A stretch of DNA of 64,000 nucleotides from Eledone cirrhosa (taxonomy: Eukaryota): positions 17,856,001-17,920,000 of the forward strand of contig OZ024761.1 of NCBI GenBank assembly GCA_964016885.1, in the 5' to 3' direction. This document shows, piece by piece, positions 25,953 to 38,600 of this stretch (its first letter is position 1; each line of letters starts with the position of its first letter). A program made the position numbers and the translations under genes. The notes beneath the pieces were generated by a model. The model made no database searches, was not told the origin of the DNA, and saw only the letters and a program-made list of their open reading frames with translations.

Positions 25953-28900
25953 ACCAGTAACTCTTTAAATTTTAGCAGTGGTGGTCATAATAGCAATGAT
26001 GGTAATAATGAGAGTAACATCAATGATGGTGATGGTGATGATAGTGATAATGATGCTGGTGCTGGTGGTGGTAATAGTGATGATAATGATGATGAAAATA
26101 TAATAAAATATCTAACTATAATAAAGTAAGGAGTGTGGGACGGTGTCCAGAATATATTTTTTTATCCCGTTTGTAAAATAAGTTGGATTATTTTGAATAA
26201 ATAATAAATGAATATTACATAATTTATCTACTAAATTTCATTATTCTTGATTAAATATAAATAATTTTGTTGCTTATTTTAAGATTCACTTCTTTAAAAT
26301 TTTCAAATGTCAACACTTCCAGTTAGCGATCGCTTAAATAAACATTCATATATTTCCGTCATTAATTTTCTCCTAATGCATCATCATCATCATCATCGTT
26401 TAACGTCCATTTTCCACGCTAGCATGGGTTAGACGTTTATATATATAATATCGTCTTTTTTTTAATGTATCATGGATTACGTTACTGATTACATAAGACA
26501 GTGTAACGCAATCTTCGTTCAATTTTTATGTATTATATATTGTCAAAGACGATTTTATTTGATGTATCATATCTACATGTATATATACCTGCGTATAATA
26601 TCAATATGCACACTACAGATGCTAGCAGAAAACCACCAGAGGGGTGGTTTTTCTGCTAGTATAAATAAAAAGATGAAGATAGCTTACAAGCACTGAAGTA
26701 TGTGTTGATGGTGCGTACACGATTGTAGTTGAGGAGCTCTGTGACACATTCTGGATGGTTGTGATTACAGGCCTCATGTAGGGGTGTCCAACCGTTGTTA
26801 TCCGTGGCATTCACATCAATACCTGTACAACAACAACAACAACAATAAATATAATTAACTCACTCAGGAACTTCCATTTACCCTTATTTGGGCATATCTT
26901 ACCTCGCCCTTGTTGTAGCAGGTGAGCGAGACATGTAGAAGCTTTGTTTCTAAAAGCCTGTTTGTTACCTTTTACAATCACTACAACATAGCTATGATGT
27001 TTCAGCAAAGCCGTTGGGCTATAAACGATACTGAGTCCTACCTCCCTTTTTTTAACAACCAAGATGACAAGATCTGAACATAGGGCATATGTTTATGTCA
27101 GCATGGAAGACAGGAATAAAAAAATGATGATTAATATAACATGTTTTTTGACAAGATGAGAGCCAAATGTAAAGAAAAAAAAACCCTTAGAGGAGAATTA
27201 ACCCTTTAGCATTTACATTACTCTATATATACTATTATATTTTGGTAAAGGCTTTACCTCACATAATATCAAATCTATGAGGTTTTGATATTATATATTT
27301 TGAGAAGAATACCGTAACATCAGTACGAGTGGCTGATTACAGCCAGTTTGAACAGAAAGAGGTGAGAGAATTCTGGCCAGATATGGCCAGTTTAAATGCT
27401 AAAGGGTTAAACCTCTCTTCTTGATCTCCGACTATCAGAGTTTGAGCAAATAAGGATTTCTAAATTAGGCACAAAGCCGGCAATTTGTAGGGACCCCAGT
27501 ATGTCACTGGTACTTTATTTTATCAACCTTGGAAGGATGAAAAGCCAAGTTGGCCTTGGTGGGATTTGAAATCACAACATAAAGAGCTAGAACAAATCTG
27601 ATTAGCATTTGTCCGACATTTTAACGTTTCTGCCAATCCACCACCTGAGCAAATAATACAAGCCAAGAATGAACACAGAATATTATAGGTACTCCTTGGT
27701 TTGAAATAGACAGACCTGACAGCTAATTGGGTGAAGCCCAAGTATCCTGAGTGCTGGAGTCGTCCACCATATGCAGCCCATTACATAAAGACAGTTAACC
27801 AATGATAAAAAGAGATATATACATACCTGGCAGTGTTAGTAAATCCCGCACCTGATCAACATCGTTCTTCATACACGCTATATGTAGTTTTGTTTCACCT
27901 TCACAGAACAAAGAAAAAAATAATTGTTTCTGATTAAGGTACTGCTATAAGCCAGACACTTAAACAACTTGCAGCTGTATGGGGTTGGTAGGGTACTACT
28001 ATAAGCCAGACCCTTAAACAACATACTTAAAGCTTTACAGATTGAGTAGGGTATTACTACAAGCCAGTACCCCTAATAAACTACTTAAAGCTGTATAAAC
28101 TGGGCAAGGTACTACAAGCCAATACCCCTAACAAACTTGAGACTCTCCTAAGGGATGGTAAGAAAGTTAAAGTTTTTGATAAAACGTCCCAGACTGACCT
28201 TTATGGTTCCGTTTGTTAACGTTGCGTGCTAAACGCTTCGTTAGATATATCTTGTTGACAGGAGACAGCGGAGATGACCCGGGTGAATTAGATTCATTGT
28301 CGGATGTCATTGGACCATTTGTTGTATCTTCAGCTAATACAGTGTGTGATCTGCAAAGAAGAAGCACAATTGATATATAACAATGTATATATACATCATT
28401 TTACGAAAACATAAGGGTCAAATAGTTGGTGCTAAGTTTGACAAGGAAATAATTGTTTCTACTATTGGCACAAGGCCAGCAATTAGCCAGTACATTACTG
28501 GTACTTTATTTTATCGACCCCGTAAGGATGAAAGGCAAAGTTAACCTCGGCGGGATTTGAACTCAGACTGTAAAGGGACGTAACTATGCTAGAAAGCATG
28601 GCGTCCAACCCTCTACCTATACTGCCAATTCACCGCCCAAAGACAAGGAAATAATGGTAGTTTGATATATCCTCCCTACCTAGCTTTCTCTACCTGTGTT
28701 GACAAGTAGAACAGCGGTCAACTGCTGCTATCTTTAGCTATCTATCTGTCTATATGTTAATCTATCGCTCTCTGCCTGTCTATCTACCTTCCTACCCACA
28801 TATATGTCTGTCTATCTATCTATTTTTGGATAAGAACAACAATAACAACAGACCACAAATCCCAATCCCTGTGATGGACTGGCATCCAGTCCAGGAGGGA

Positions 28901-31900
28901 TGGGATATCTTGTACTTTCAGTCACTTAACACCAAAAGATTTGGGATAAGCTAATGAAGTTCAGGGCCCGTGACATAATTTAGACAAATCCCAATAGCAG
29001 TCGGAAGAAAGAAAGACAGACAGACAGACAAACAGTACGACCACCTTACAGGGTGAACTGGGTGCTTATTTTTTGTCAAGGCACCAGCACTGCTCCTACA
29101 CAGAATAGGCTAGGCTGGATTTATCTAAAAACCTTCCATCAGAATTTTATGTAAGAACCTATGTTAAGTTATGTTCCTAACACCAGCTTAATGATAAGAA
29201 AATTAGTTATTTTATGAAATCCCTCAAAAATAAAAATTGTAGGCAGTCATTTGTTAGAACTATGGCAACAAAAAGGTTAAGACAGTCCTATGTGATTGGA
29301 GGGAGATTTGGCTACTATTTCTATCAGGTAAATCAACTATGTAAAGGGGCACCCTTATTTGCTCAAAACAAGGTTTGTACACAAATTGTAATACTTACGT
29401 TTTTCTTTTCAAAGGTCGACATTTGACCTTACATAAGACACTCAGGTATTTTTTTACCTGTATAAAAGACAAATATAACAACAATTGAAATAATTTTAAA
29501 ATAGGTAAACACACACTCATACAAACAGACAGACACAAAGAGACACACGCACACACAGACACACCTACACCCACGTTTATGTATATATGTGTGTCCCTTT
29601 TTACCATCTCTAGCGGGCTTACATGCGCCAAAATTTATCAAACTATTTTTCACAAGGTCTGTCATTAATGAAGAAAATAGGGCGATGGACTGGCAGTATT
29701 GGTAGAACATCAGACACCATGCTTTGCAGTATAGAGTTATGGCCCTTTCATCCTTATGCAGGTTAATAAAATGAAGCAACAGTAATGCACTGGGGTATTT
29801 GCTGGCCTTGTGCCAAAAGTAGAAACAATTAATGAAGAAAATATATTTAGCATGAGCTGGCTGTTGCTTCATGATCCTGGTGGACAGAAATGACGGAGAC
29901 ATGTTCACATAGTCATTCATTCCAACTCACAAGGGCAGGGGAAGCATTCCTGCAGGTGATCAACTCCACCTGGATAGCAGACAAATGCTTAACAGTATTT
30001 CCCAGCTCTTTATAAGTGGATTGCGAGAATCGGTAGAGGATCAGTCATCAAAATATTTTGAGTATTTGGTTACAGCTCTTTATGTTATGAATTCAAATCC
30101 TACCAAGGTCAACTTTGCTTTTGATCCTTCCAGGGTCAATAAAATAAAATAAAGTACCAGTCATGCACAGGGGTCCATGTAATTGACTTTCCAGTCCCCT
30201 CAAATTGTTGGCCTCGTGTATACATTAGAAATCAATATTTATATATTTTTGATAATAATAATGAAATTATTGTGTAAAGTGCTCAGGTGCACTACAACTC
30301 ATCAATATAGTACATAGAATAATACACAAATGTCAGGGAAGTACATGTGTGTATGTGTTAGCTGTAGTGTTGGCGGATCTCGGGAAGCATGGAGGCCTTA
30401 AAGGATGCAGTGTCTCGACAGCTAACAACTGATGCAGGCAGTTTGTTCCATGCTTCAGCAACTCGGAGCGTGAATAAATGTTTCCGAAAGTCATGGGAAC
30501 TGTGCTGTTTTCTTACTTTGTGGGCATGTCCACGTGTGTTATATATATATATTTTTTTTTTTTAAAATAACTACTGTATATACTAAAATATATAAACCAA
30601 ATATGTGACCCCTCAAAAAATTGATGGTAAAATGGGGAGGAGGGGTCGGTTTATAAAAACCATCTAAATAATGTGTTGATTAGTTGCCTCGGCTTATATT
30701 CAAGTATATACGGTAATAATATTAATTGTTTCTACTTTTGGCACAAGGCCAACAATTACCCAGTACATTACTGGTACTTTATTTTATCGACCCCGTAAGG
30801 ATGAAAGGCAAAGTTAACCTCAACAGGATTTGAACTCAGATCATAAAGGGCCGTAGCTCTATGCTGCAAAGCATGGCGTCCGACCCTCTACCAATACTGT
30901 CAATCCTAACATTAATGTTCATTGTTTATGTCCATATTTTCTTGTTAACCCAGTTATTTTGTAAGCTAAATTCGAAGATTAGTAATCTGGTGTATTGAAG
31001 ACAACTTACCTACCAAAAGAATATTTAACCCTTAAGCATTTATATTACTCTATATATATTATTGTATTTTCGCAGTAAAGGCTTTACCTCATATCGAATC
31101 TATGAGATTTTGATATTTATTTTGAGAACAATACCTTAGCATCAGTATGAGTGGCCAGTTACGGCCGGTTTAGATGCTAAAGAGTTAAGCTAAATTTGAA
31201 TATTAGTAATAATCTGGTGTGTTGAGGACAACTTACCTACTGAAAGAATATTTAAATAGAAAGGTGTATGTGTAAGCATATGTATGTGTGAGTGTGTGAG
31301 CATGTCTGTGTGTGTACTTACAAGGTTAGTGAGGTTTATGCTATCACCAGTATCTGTGTTTATTATGTCCAGGCTATCATGGAAGGATTTAGTGATGATA
31401 TAGGAGATGGACAGTGCTAGCCAGGGAAGACTGATAGCATTTAATACTTGGTCAAATTTCTTGAGATCATCCTGACAACCATCTGCAAACAATACAGATA
31501 CAAAATTTATGGAAATAATTTGAAAACTCAAACACAAGAATAGTTAAAACAATCAAATGCTGTCAACGTCAGCATGCAAGTCAGGTAAAAATATTTCAAA
31601 GGAAAGAAATCAGTGTCCAATGGGCAGTAAAGAGAAAAGTAAAGTTATGAGGTGAGTAACAGGTAGATGAAACATAGAAAAGACTGAGAGAGGAGGTGAC
31701 ATAGAAAAAAGAAGGAACAGTGTGTTGGCAGGTAGAAGTGATAAGAAGAAAGGAAGACAAATGGAGATTAAGGTTTAAACGATAGAAAAATCACACACGC
31801 ATCTGACCTCATCAGCTCTCAAACTAGCTTGCAGTTTCGCACGGATTAAGCAAGAGGACTATTCTTGCATTCTAGTTTTCAAATTATTTCTATGAATTTC

Positions 31901-32583
31901 AAATACACTCATGTTTTGTCTTGATTTTCAAGGCAACAATACAAAGCGAGAGTAACTTACAATAAATTTCTTTGCTGACTTCGTGAATAAATATATTTAA
32001 ATTAGTTTCCTGCTGTACAATAGCAAAGTAATCTTTGATGGAATCAAATCGATGGTAAGCCTGTCGCAGATTCTCTGCTACCATTAAGATCAGACTTAAA
32101 ACAAGAGACAAAACTTCTTTCTGAAAAAAGAAACAAAAAAAAAACAAAAACAAAAAAAAACATAAATAAATTGAATATGCAGGTAATCAACAAGTTTATG
32201 ATGGGGGTGATTGTTAGAACTCAATGTGGCCTCGAAAAACGAAATTAGGCGGTGATTGCTATAGCACATCACATAAGGTTCCCTCAAAGATTCCCCTCAA
32301 GAGTCATTTATATGTTGTGAGTGTGTATTGAACAATGAAAACAAGACAAAAAGTCAAAGATAGGTTCTTAATTCATTGTTTTACAACCATTTCAGAGAGT
32401 TGATTGATCATGGTAGATCGATATATCAACAAGCAGATAGCGGTTATGTCATAACCTATTTCTAGTCTCGAAATCCCTGATCTATCACACCTTCTTCAGA
32501 AACAATCTGATTGTTTCTGAGGAAGACAGTATGATCAGAAAACAATGAACTAATTAAGAACCTATCTTCGACTTTTGTTCAAT

Positions 32584-32626
<43 letters not shown>

Positions 32627-35600
32627 AATATATTATTTAGTGGTTAGAGCATTGGCCTTGCAATCGAAAGGTTGTGAGTTCAATTCTCAGACCAGGTGAT
32701 GTGTTGTTTCCTTGAGCAAGACACTTTATTTTACATTGCTCCAGTTTACTCAGCTGTAGAAATGAGATGGTAGGGGCTGGGGTCCATATCATTCCACTGC
32801 AAAGTGGTCGTGAAGGTGCCATGGCAAAAAAGCACCCAGCACTCACTGTAAATGAGGTTGGTGTTAGGAAGGGCATCCAGCTGTAGAAATCAAGCCAGAA
32901 TCAGTTCCCGTCCCACCCTTGCAAGCAGGGAAAAGCGGACGTAAAATGATGATGATGATATATATATAAATTAAAATATTAAGAAAGCAGAGAAGAGATT
33001 AGAAGCAATAAAACAAATTAAGAAAGCATAAAAACATTTTTTTAAATGGAAACAAGGAGCTGGGGGTGGAGGTGGTTGATTGACTAAATCTCATTCTTGC
33101 ATGATGGATGTCAGTAGTTAACCCTTTAGCATTTAAACTGGCCGTATCTGGCCAGAATTCTCTCAACTCTTTCTGTTCAAACTGGCTGTAACTGGCCACT
33201 CATACTGATGTTAAGGTATTGTTCTTAAAATACATAACATCAAAATCTCGTAGATTCATAATTATGTAAGATAAATCCTTTACTATGAAAATAAACTAGT
33301 AAATATACAGTAATGTAAATGTTAAAGGGTTAAACCTGTTGGTACCAAATTAATTGAAGCTGACCCTGCTTCTGTGACACCAAGCTCTTTATTTATCATC
33401 AACATCTTGGCATAAAAAAAGGGTTGGGTGAAGACAGTTTTACTTACCCTGTAAACTTCGGGGAGATCGGCCACAATTACTTTGTGTAATAAATCCTTCA
33501 GTTCTAGACAAGCTTTATTTACAATCAGTCCATAACTGGAACCCCAGATAATGGATCTGATTAAACAGAATGACATCTTACTTCCTTCTGCTCTACCATT
33601 CTGTTTTGGACTGAAATTAATAAGAAAAAAAAATACATTTAAATTTATAAGATTTTGTGCCACACAAAAGGCTTATGGCAAAACTCTCTGCAATGGGTGT
33701 GAGGGATGATCTTTTCGACTGGTTGAAATCCTTCATTCTCAGCCGAAAAGAAGTAGTCACGGTTCTGGGTCAGCATTCTTCACCATATGAGATGTCATCT
33801 GGTGTACCACAGGGATCTGTTCTTGGTCCTCTTTTGTTTGTGGCATATATTAATGACATAGATGCCAACTTACAGAATGCCACGGTACTAAAATATGCAG
33901 ATGACATCAAGCTGTACCTTGAGATAAAAAGGACTGATCCTGAAATCTACAACTCTTTCCTACAATCAGACCTGGACACAATGCAGCAATGGATCACAGA
34001 CTGGCAACTGAAGCTGGCTGTGGACAAGTGTACCACCATGCATTTTGGAAGGAAAAATCCAGCGTCCACATACTCCCTCCACAACACTGATATCAAAAAG
34101 TCCTCTTGTGAACGTGACCTGGGCATTACTGTCAGCAACGATTTGCGCTGGACAAAGCATGTCTCTAAGATTGTCAAGAAAGCCGAAGGTGTCTTGGTAT
34201 CACTCAGCAAGACCTTTGTTAGCCGCTCTCCAGCCATCTATTTAAAACTGTATACAGCTATGGTGCGACCACACTTGGAATTCGCATCATCAGTCTGGAA
34301 CCCCTATCTTGCTCAGAACATTGACCTCCTGGAAACTGTTCAGAGACGTGCAACCAAGCGCATACCCTCCATCAGACACCTACCATACTCTGAACGCCTT
34401 GCTTCCCTGGGCATGGATTCATTGAAGCTCCGACGTCTGGCAATGGACTTGGTGAATACCCACAAAGTTTTTAACCATCTCGCTAATTGCAACCCTGAGC
34501 GCCTCTTTGATCTCCATGTGTCTAACACACGTGGACATGCCTACAAGATCAGAAAACAGCACAGCTCCCATGACTTTCGTAGACATTTTTTCACGCTCAG
34601 AGTTGCTGAAGCATGGAACAAACTGCCTGCGTCAATTGTTAGCTGCCGAGACACTGCATCCTTTAAGACACTCATGCTTCCCGAAATACGCCAAAACTAC
34701 ACCTGATGTACCCCTTTCATACACATGCACACATGTGTGTATCATGACTCGTGCACTGTTCATTTTACTGATGTTTGTGCATTGCCCTATGTACTGTACA
34801 TGCACTTTTTTGATGAGTTGTGGTGCACCTGGGCAGTGTACACAATATTTCATTATTGTTATTGTTATTATATCATGACTCATACACTGTTCATTTTCCT
34901 GACACTTTATTATTCTATGTACTATACATGCACCTTTGATGAGTTGTAGTGCACCTGAGCACTGTACACAATAATTTCATTATTATTATTATTATTAAAA
35001 AAAGATTCAAAATAAACAATTGTATTTTTTTTATAAGCATCGAGCAAATCATGGATTTTGAATGTATGTAGGACAACAAAAATCACCCAGCCCACACTGT
35101 AAAGTGGTCATTTTGGTGCCACAATAAAAAGCACCCAACCCACACTGTAAAGTGGTCATGTAGATATCACAGCAAAAAGCACTGTCAACACACACACACA
35201 CATATATATATATAGGGAAAAAAGAATAAGTATAATAAATTTTGCACCAGTTTGCGTTACAAAGTTCTTATTAATAATAAGAACTTTGTAACGTGATCTG
35301 GCACAAAATTTATTATACTTATTCACGTGACAGTCATCAACCAACCAAATTACTTTTCTAAAAAAACCTAGCATTTCAAGCCACTTTTTTCAGCATAAAA
35401 CAGAAGTAACATTCGAACACTAACCAGATGCGAGAAAAACAACAAACCCTCCATCTTAATTCTACTTTTGAAAAGCATAAGAACTGCGAAACCGGTATAG
35501 GAACCAAATATATATTCTTAAAAAGACCCCAGTTGCATTTTCGATTTCATCTTTTTTCCTTATACTTTCACTTGTGTAGGACAACTCGTTTTTTTTTTTT

Positions 35601-38600
35601 TTCATTTTGGAAAAAACCCCTCATTTTCTAATATATATATATATATATATAAAACGAAGGAAATGTGGTAATGAACCAGATAGACCATAACGCACCAAAG
35701 TACTCAATACTTAGGGTAGTAGAATGGGTAATAGGAACGAGTTCCCATATATATATCCATCTGAGCCATACAAGCATGAAAAAGCAAATGTAAAATAATG
35801 ATGATATATATTTCATTTTCAAATAAAATGAAATATATATCATCATTATTTTACAGAGTTCAAATCCCGCCAAGGTTAACTTTGCCTTTCATCCTTACGG
35901 GGTCGATAAAATAAAGTACCAGTAATGCACTGGGTAATTGCTGGCCGTGTGCCTAAAGTAGAAACAATTATTTTACATTGGCTTTTTCATGCTTGTATGG
36001 GTCAGACGGATCTGTTCCACCACACCGTCCCTCCACTTATTGCAGTCCTTTGTCATCTAAATATAAACATTGAAAATTGCTCCCTGTGTAGGGACGAGGT
36101 TAATTAGTAGATTACCTTTTCAAGCTGTCATTGAAGTCTTGTTGAAAGATTGTGTCAAGGTATTTGAGGAGTAAAAGGCTACCGTGAGACGAACAATTAT
36201 TGACATCTGTAGGGGACAGCTGCAATGAGGACCTGAAATAAAGCAGATCTTTTTACAGTGATGATGATGATGATGATAACAATAGTGGTGATGGTAGTGT
36301 TAGTGTGATGGTGGTGGAGTTAGTGTGGTGATGGTGATGGTGGTGATGATGATGATGATGACGATGATAATAATAATAGTGGTGGCAGTAGTGAATAGAG
36401 GTAGTGGTGGTGGTGATAGTGTTGTGGTGTAGTCTGTGCTGGTATTGAAGTTAGTGTGGTGATGGTGATGATGGTGGTGATGGTAGTGTTGGTGTGATGG
36501 TGGTGGCGATGGTGTTGGAGGTACTGGTGATGGTGGTAGTGTTGATGTGATGATAGTAGTTCTGGTAACGGTAGTGTTGGTGTGATGGTGGTGGCAGTGG
36601 TGGTGATGGTGGTAATGTTGATGTGGTGGTAGTGTTGATGTTGTGGTGGTGGTAGTGTTGATGTTGTGGTGGTGGTGGTGTTGATGTGGTGGTGGTAGTG
36701 TTGATGTGGTGGTGGTAGTGTTGATGTGGTGGTGGTGGTGGTGTTGATGTTGTGGTGGTAGTGTTGATGCTGTGGTGGTGGTGGTGTTGATGTTGTGGTG
36801 GTGGTGGTGTTGATGTTGTGGTGGTAGTGTTGATGTTGTGGTGGTGGTGGTGTTGATGTGGTAGTGGTAGTGTTGATGTTGTGGTGGTAGTGTTGATGTG
36901 GTGGTGGTAGTGTTGATGTTGTGGTGGTGGTGTTGATGTGGTGGTGGTGGTGTTGATGTGGTGGTGGTAGTGTTGATGTTGTGGTGGTAGTGTTGATGTT
37001 GTGGTGGTGGTGGTGTTGATGTTGTGGTGGTAGAGTTGATGTGGTGGTGGTAGTGTTGATGTTGTGGTGGTAGTGTTGATGTGGTGGTGGTGATGGTGGT
37101 GGTAGTGTTGATGTGGTGGTGGTGGTAGTGTTGATGTGGTGGTGGTAGTGTTGATGTGGTGGTGGTAGTGTTGATGTGGTGGTGGTAGTGTTGATGTGGT
37201 GGTGGTGATGGTGGTGGTAGTGTTGATGTGGTGGTAGTGTTGATGTGGTGGTGGTGGTAGTGTTGATGTGGTGGTGGTGATGGTAGTGTTGATGTGGTGG
37301 TGGTGGTGGTAGTGTTGATGTGGTGGTGGTGGTGGTAGTGTTGATGTGGTGGTGGTGGTGGTAGTGTTGATGTGGTGGTGGTGGTAGTGTTGATGTGATG
37401 GTGGTGGTAGTGTTGATGTGGTGGTGGTGGTGGTAGTGTTGATGTGATGGTGGTGGTAGTGGTGGTGGTAGTGTTGATATGGTGGTGGTAGTGTTGATGT
37501 GGTGGTGGTGGTGGTGGTGGTAGTGTTGATGTGGTGGTGGTGGTAGTGTTGATGTGGTGGTGGTGGTGGTAGTGTTGATGTGGTGGTGGTGGTAGTGTTG
37601 ATGTGGTGGTGGTGGTGGTGTTGATATGGTGGTGGTGGTAGTGTTGATGTGGTGGTGGTGGTAGTGTTGATGTGGTGGTAGTGTTGATATGGTGGTGGTG
37701 GTGGTAGTGTTGATATGGTGGTGGTGGTAGTGTTGATGTGGTGGTGGTGGTAGTAGTGTTAATGTGGTGGTGGTGGTGGAATATAAAACTGATTATATGG
37801 TTATAATTTCACTTACAAAATAATTTCCTTGATAAACTCCCACTCGCTCTGATAGTGTCCCCTTTTCTCTCCTTCCTGCAGAGCCTGTTGATATAGGTGG
37901 CGCCACGTGACACTAGGGGGGAACAAGCTCAGTTGTTTCATCAACACTTCATAGCATTGACTGTTGAGGAGAGAACTTGGGTTTCTCTGAAATATTTCAA
38001 CAGAACAAACAATTGAATGAATAACAACCACAATAATAATAATTGTTTCTACTTTTGGCACAAGGCCAGCAATTACCCAGTAGATTACTGGTACTTTATT
38101 TTATCGACCCCGTAAGGATGAAAGGCAAAGTTGACCTCAATAATAATAATAGTAATAACAACAATAGTAACTGCAACAGCAATAGTAACAACAACAACAA
38201 CAGTAACCACAATAACAACCATAATAACAACAGCAACTACAGTAACAACAACAATAACAACACCAGCCATAATAATAACAGCAGCAGCAACAACAATGAC
38301 AACAACAACAACAGTAACCACCACCACAACAACAACAACACCAGCCATAACAACAACAGCAACCATAACAATAGCAGCAGCAGCAGCAACAGCAATGACA
38401 ATAACAACAGTAACCACCACAACAACAACAACAACAACACCAGCCATAACAATAACAGCAACTATAACAATAGCAGCAGCAACAGCAATGACAATAACAA
38501 CAACAGTAACCACCACAACAGTAACCACAACAACAACAGTAACCACAACAACAACAGTAACCACAACAACAACAGTAACAACAACAACAACAGCAACAAC

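Noticed and set aside
29623-29668. Candidate extra SLF1 exon (ACAG...GTAAGC)
   Set aside because: Stop codon in the phase required after exon 12; exon 13 already bridges the frame
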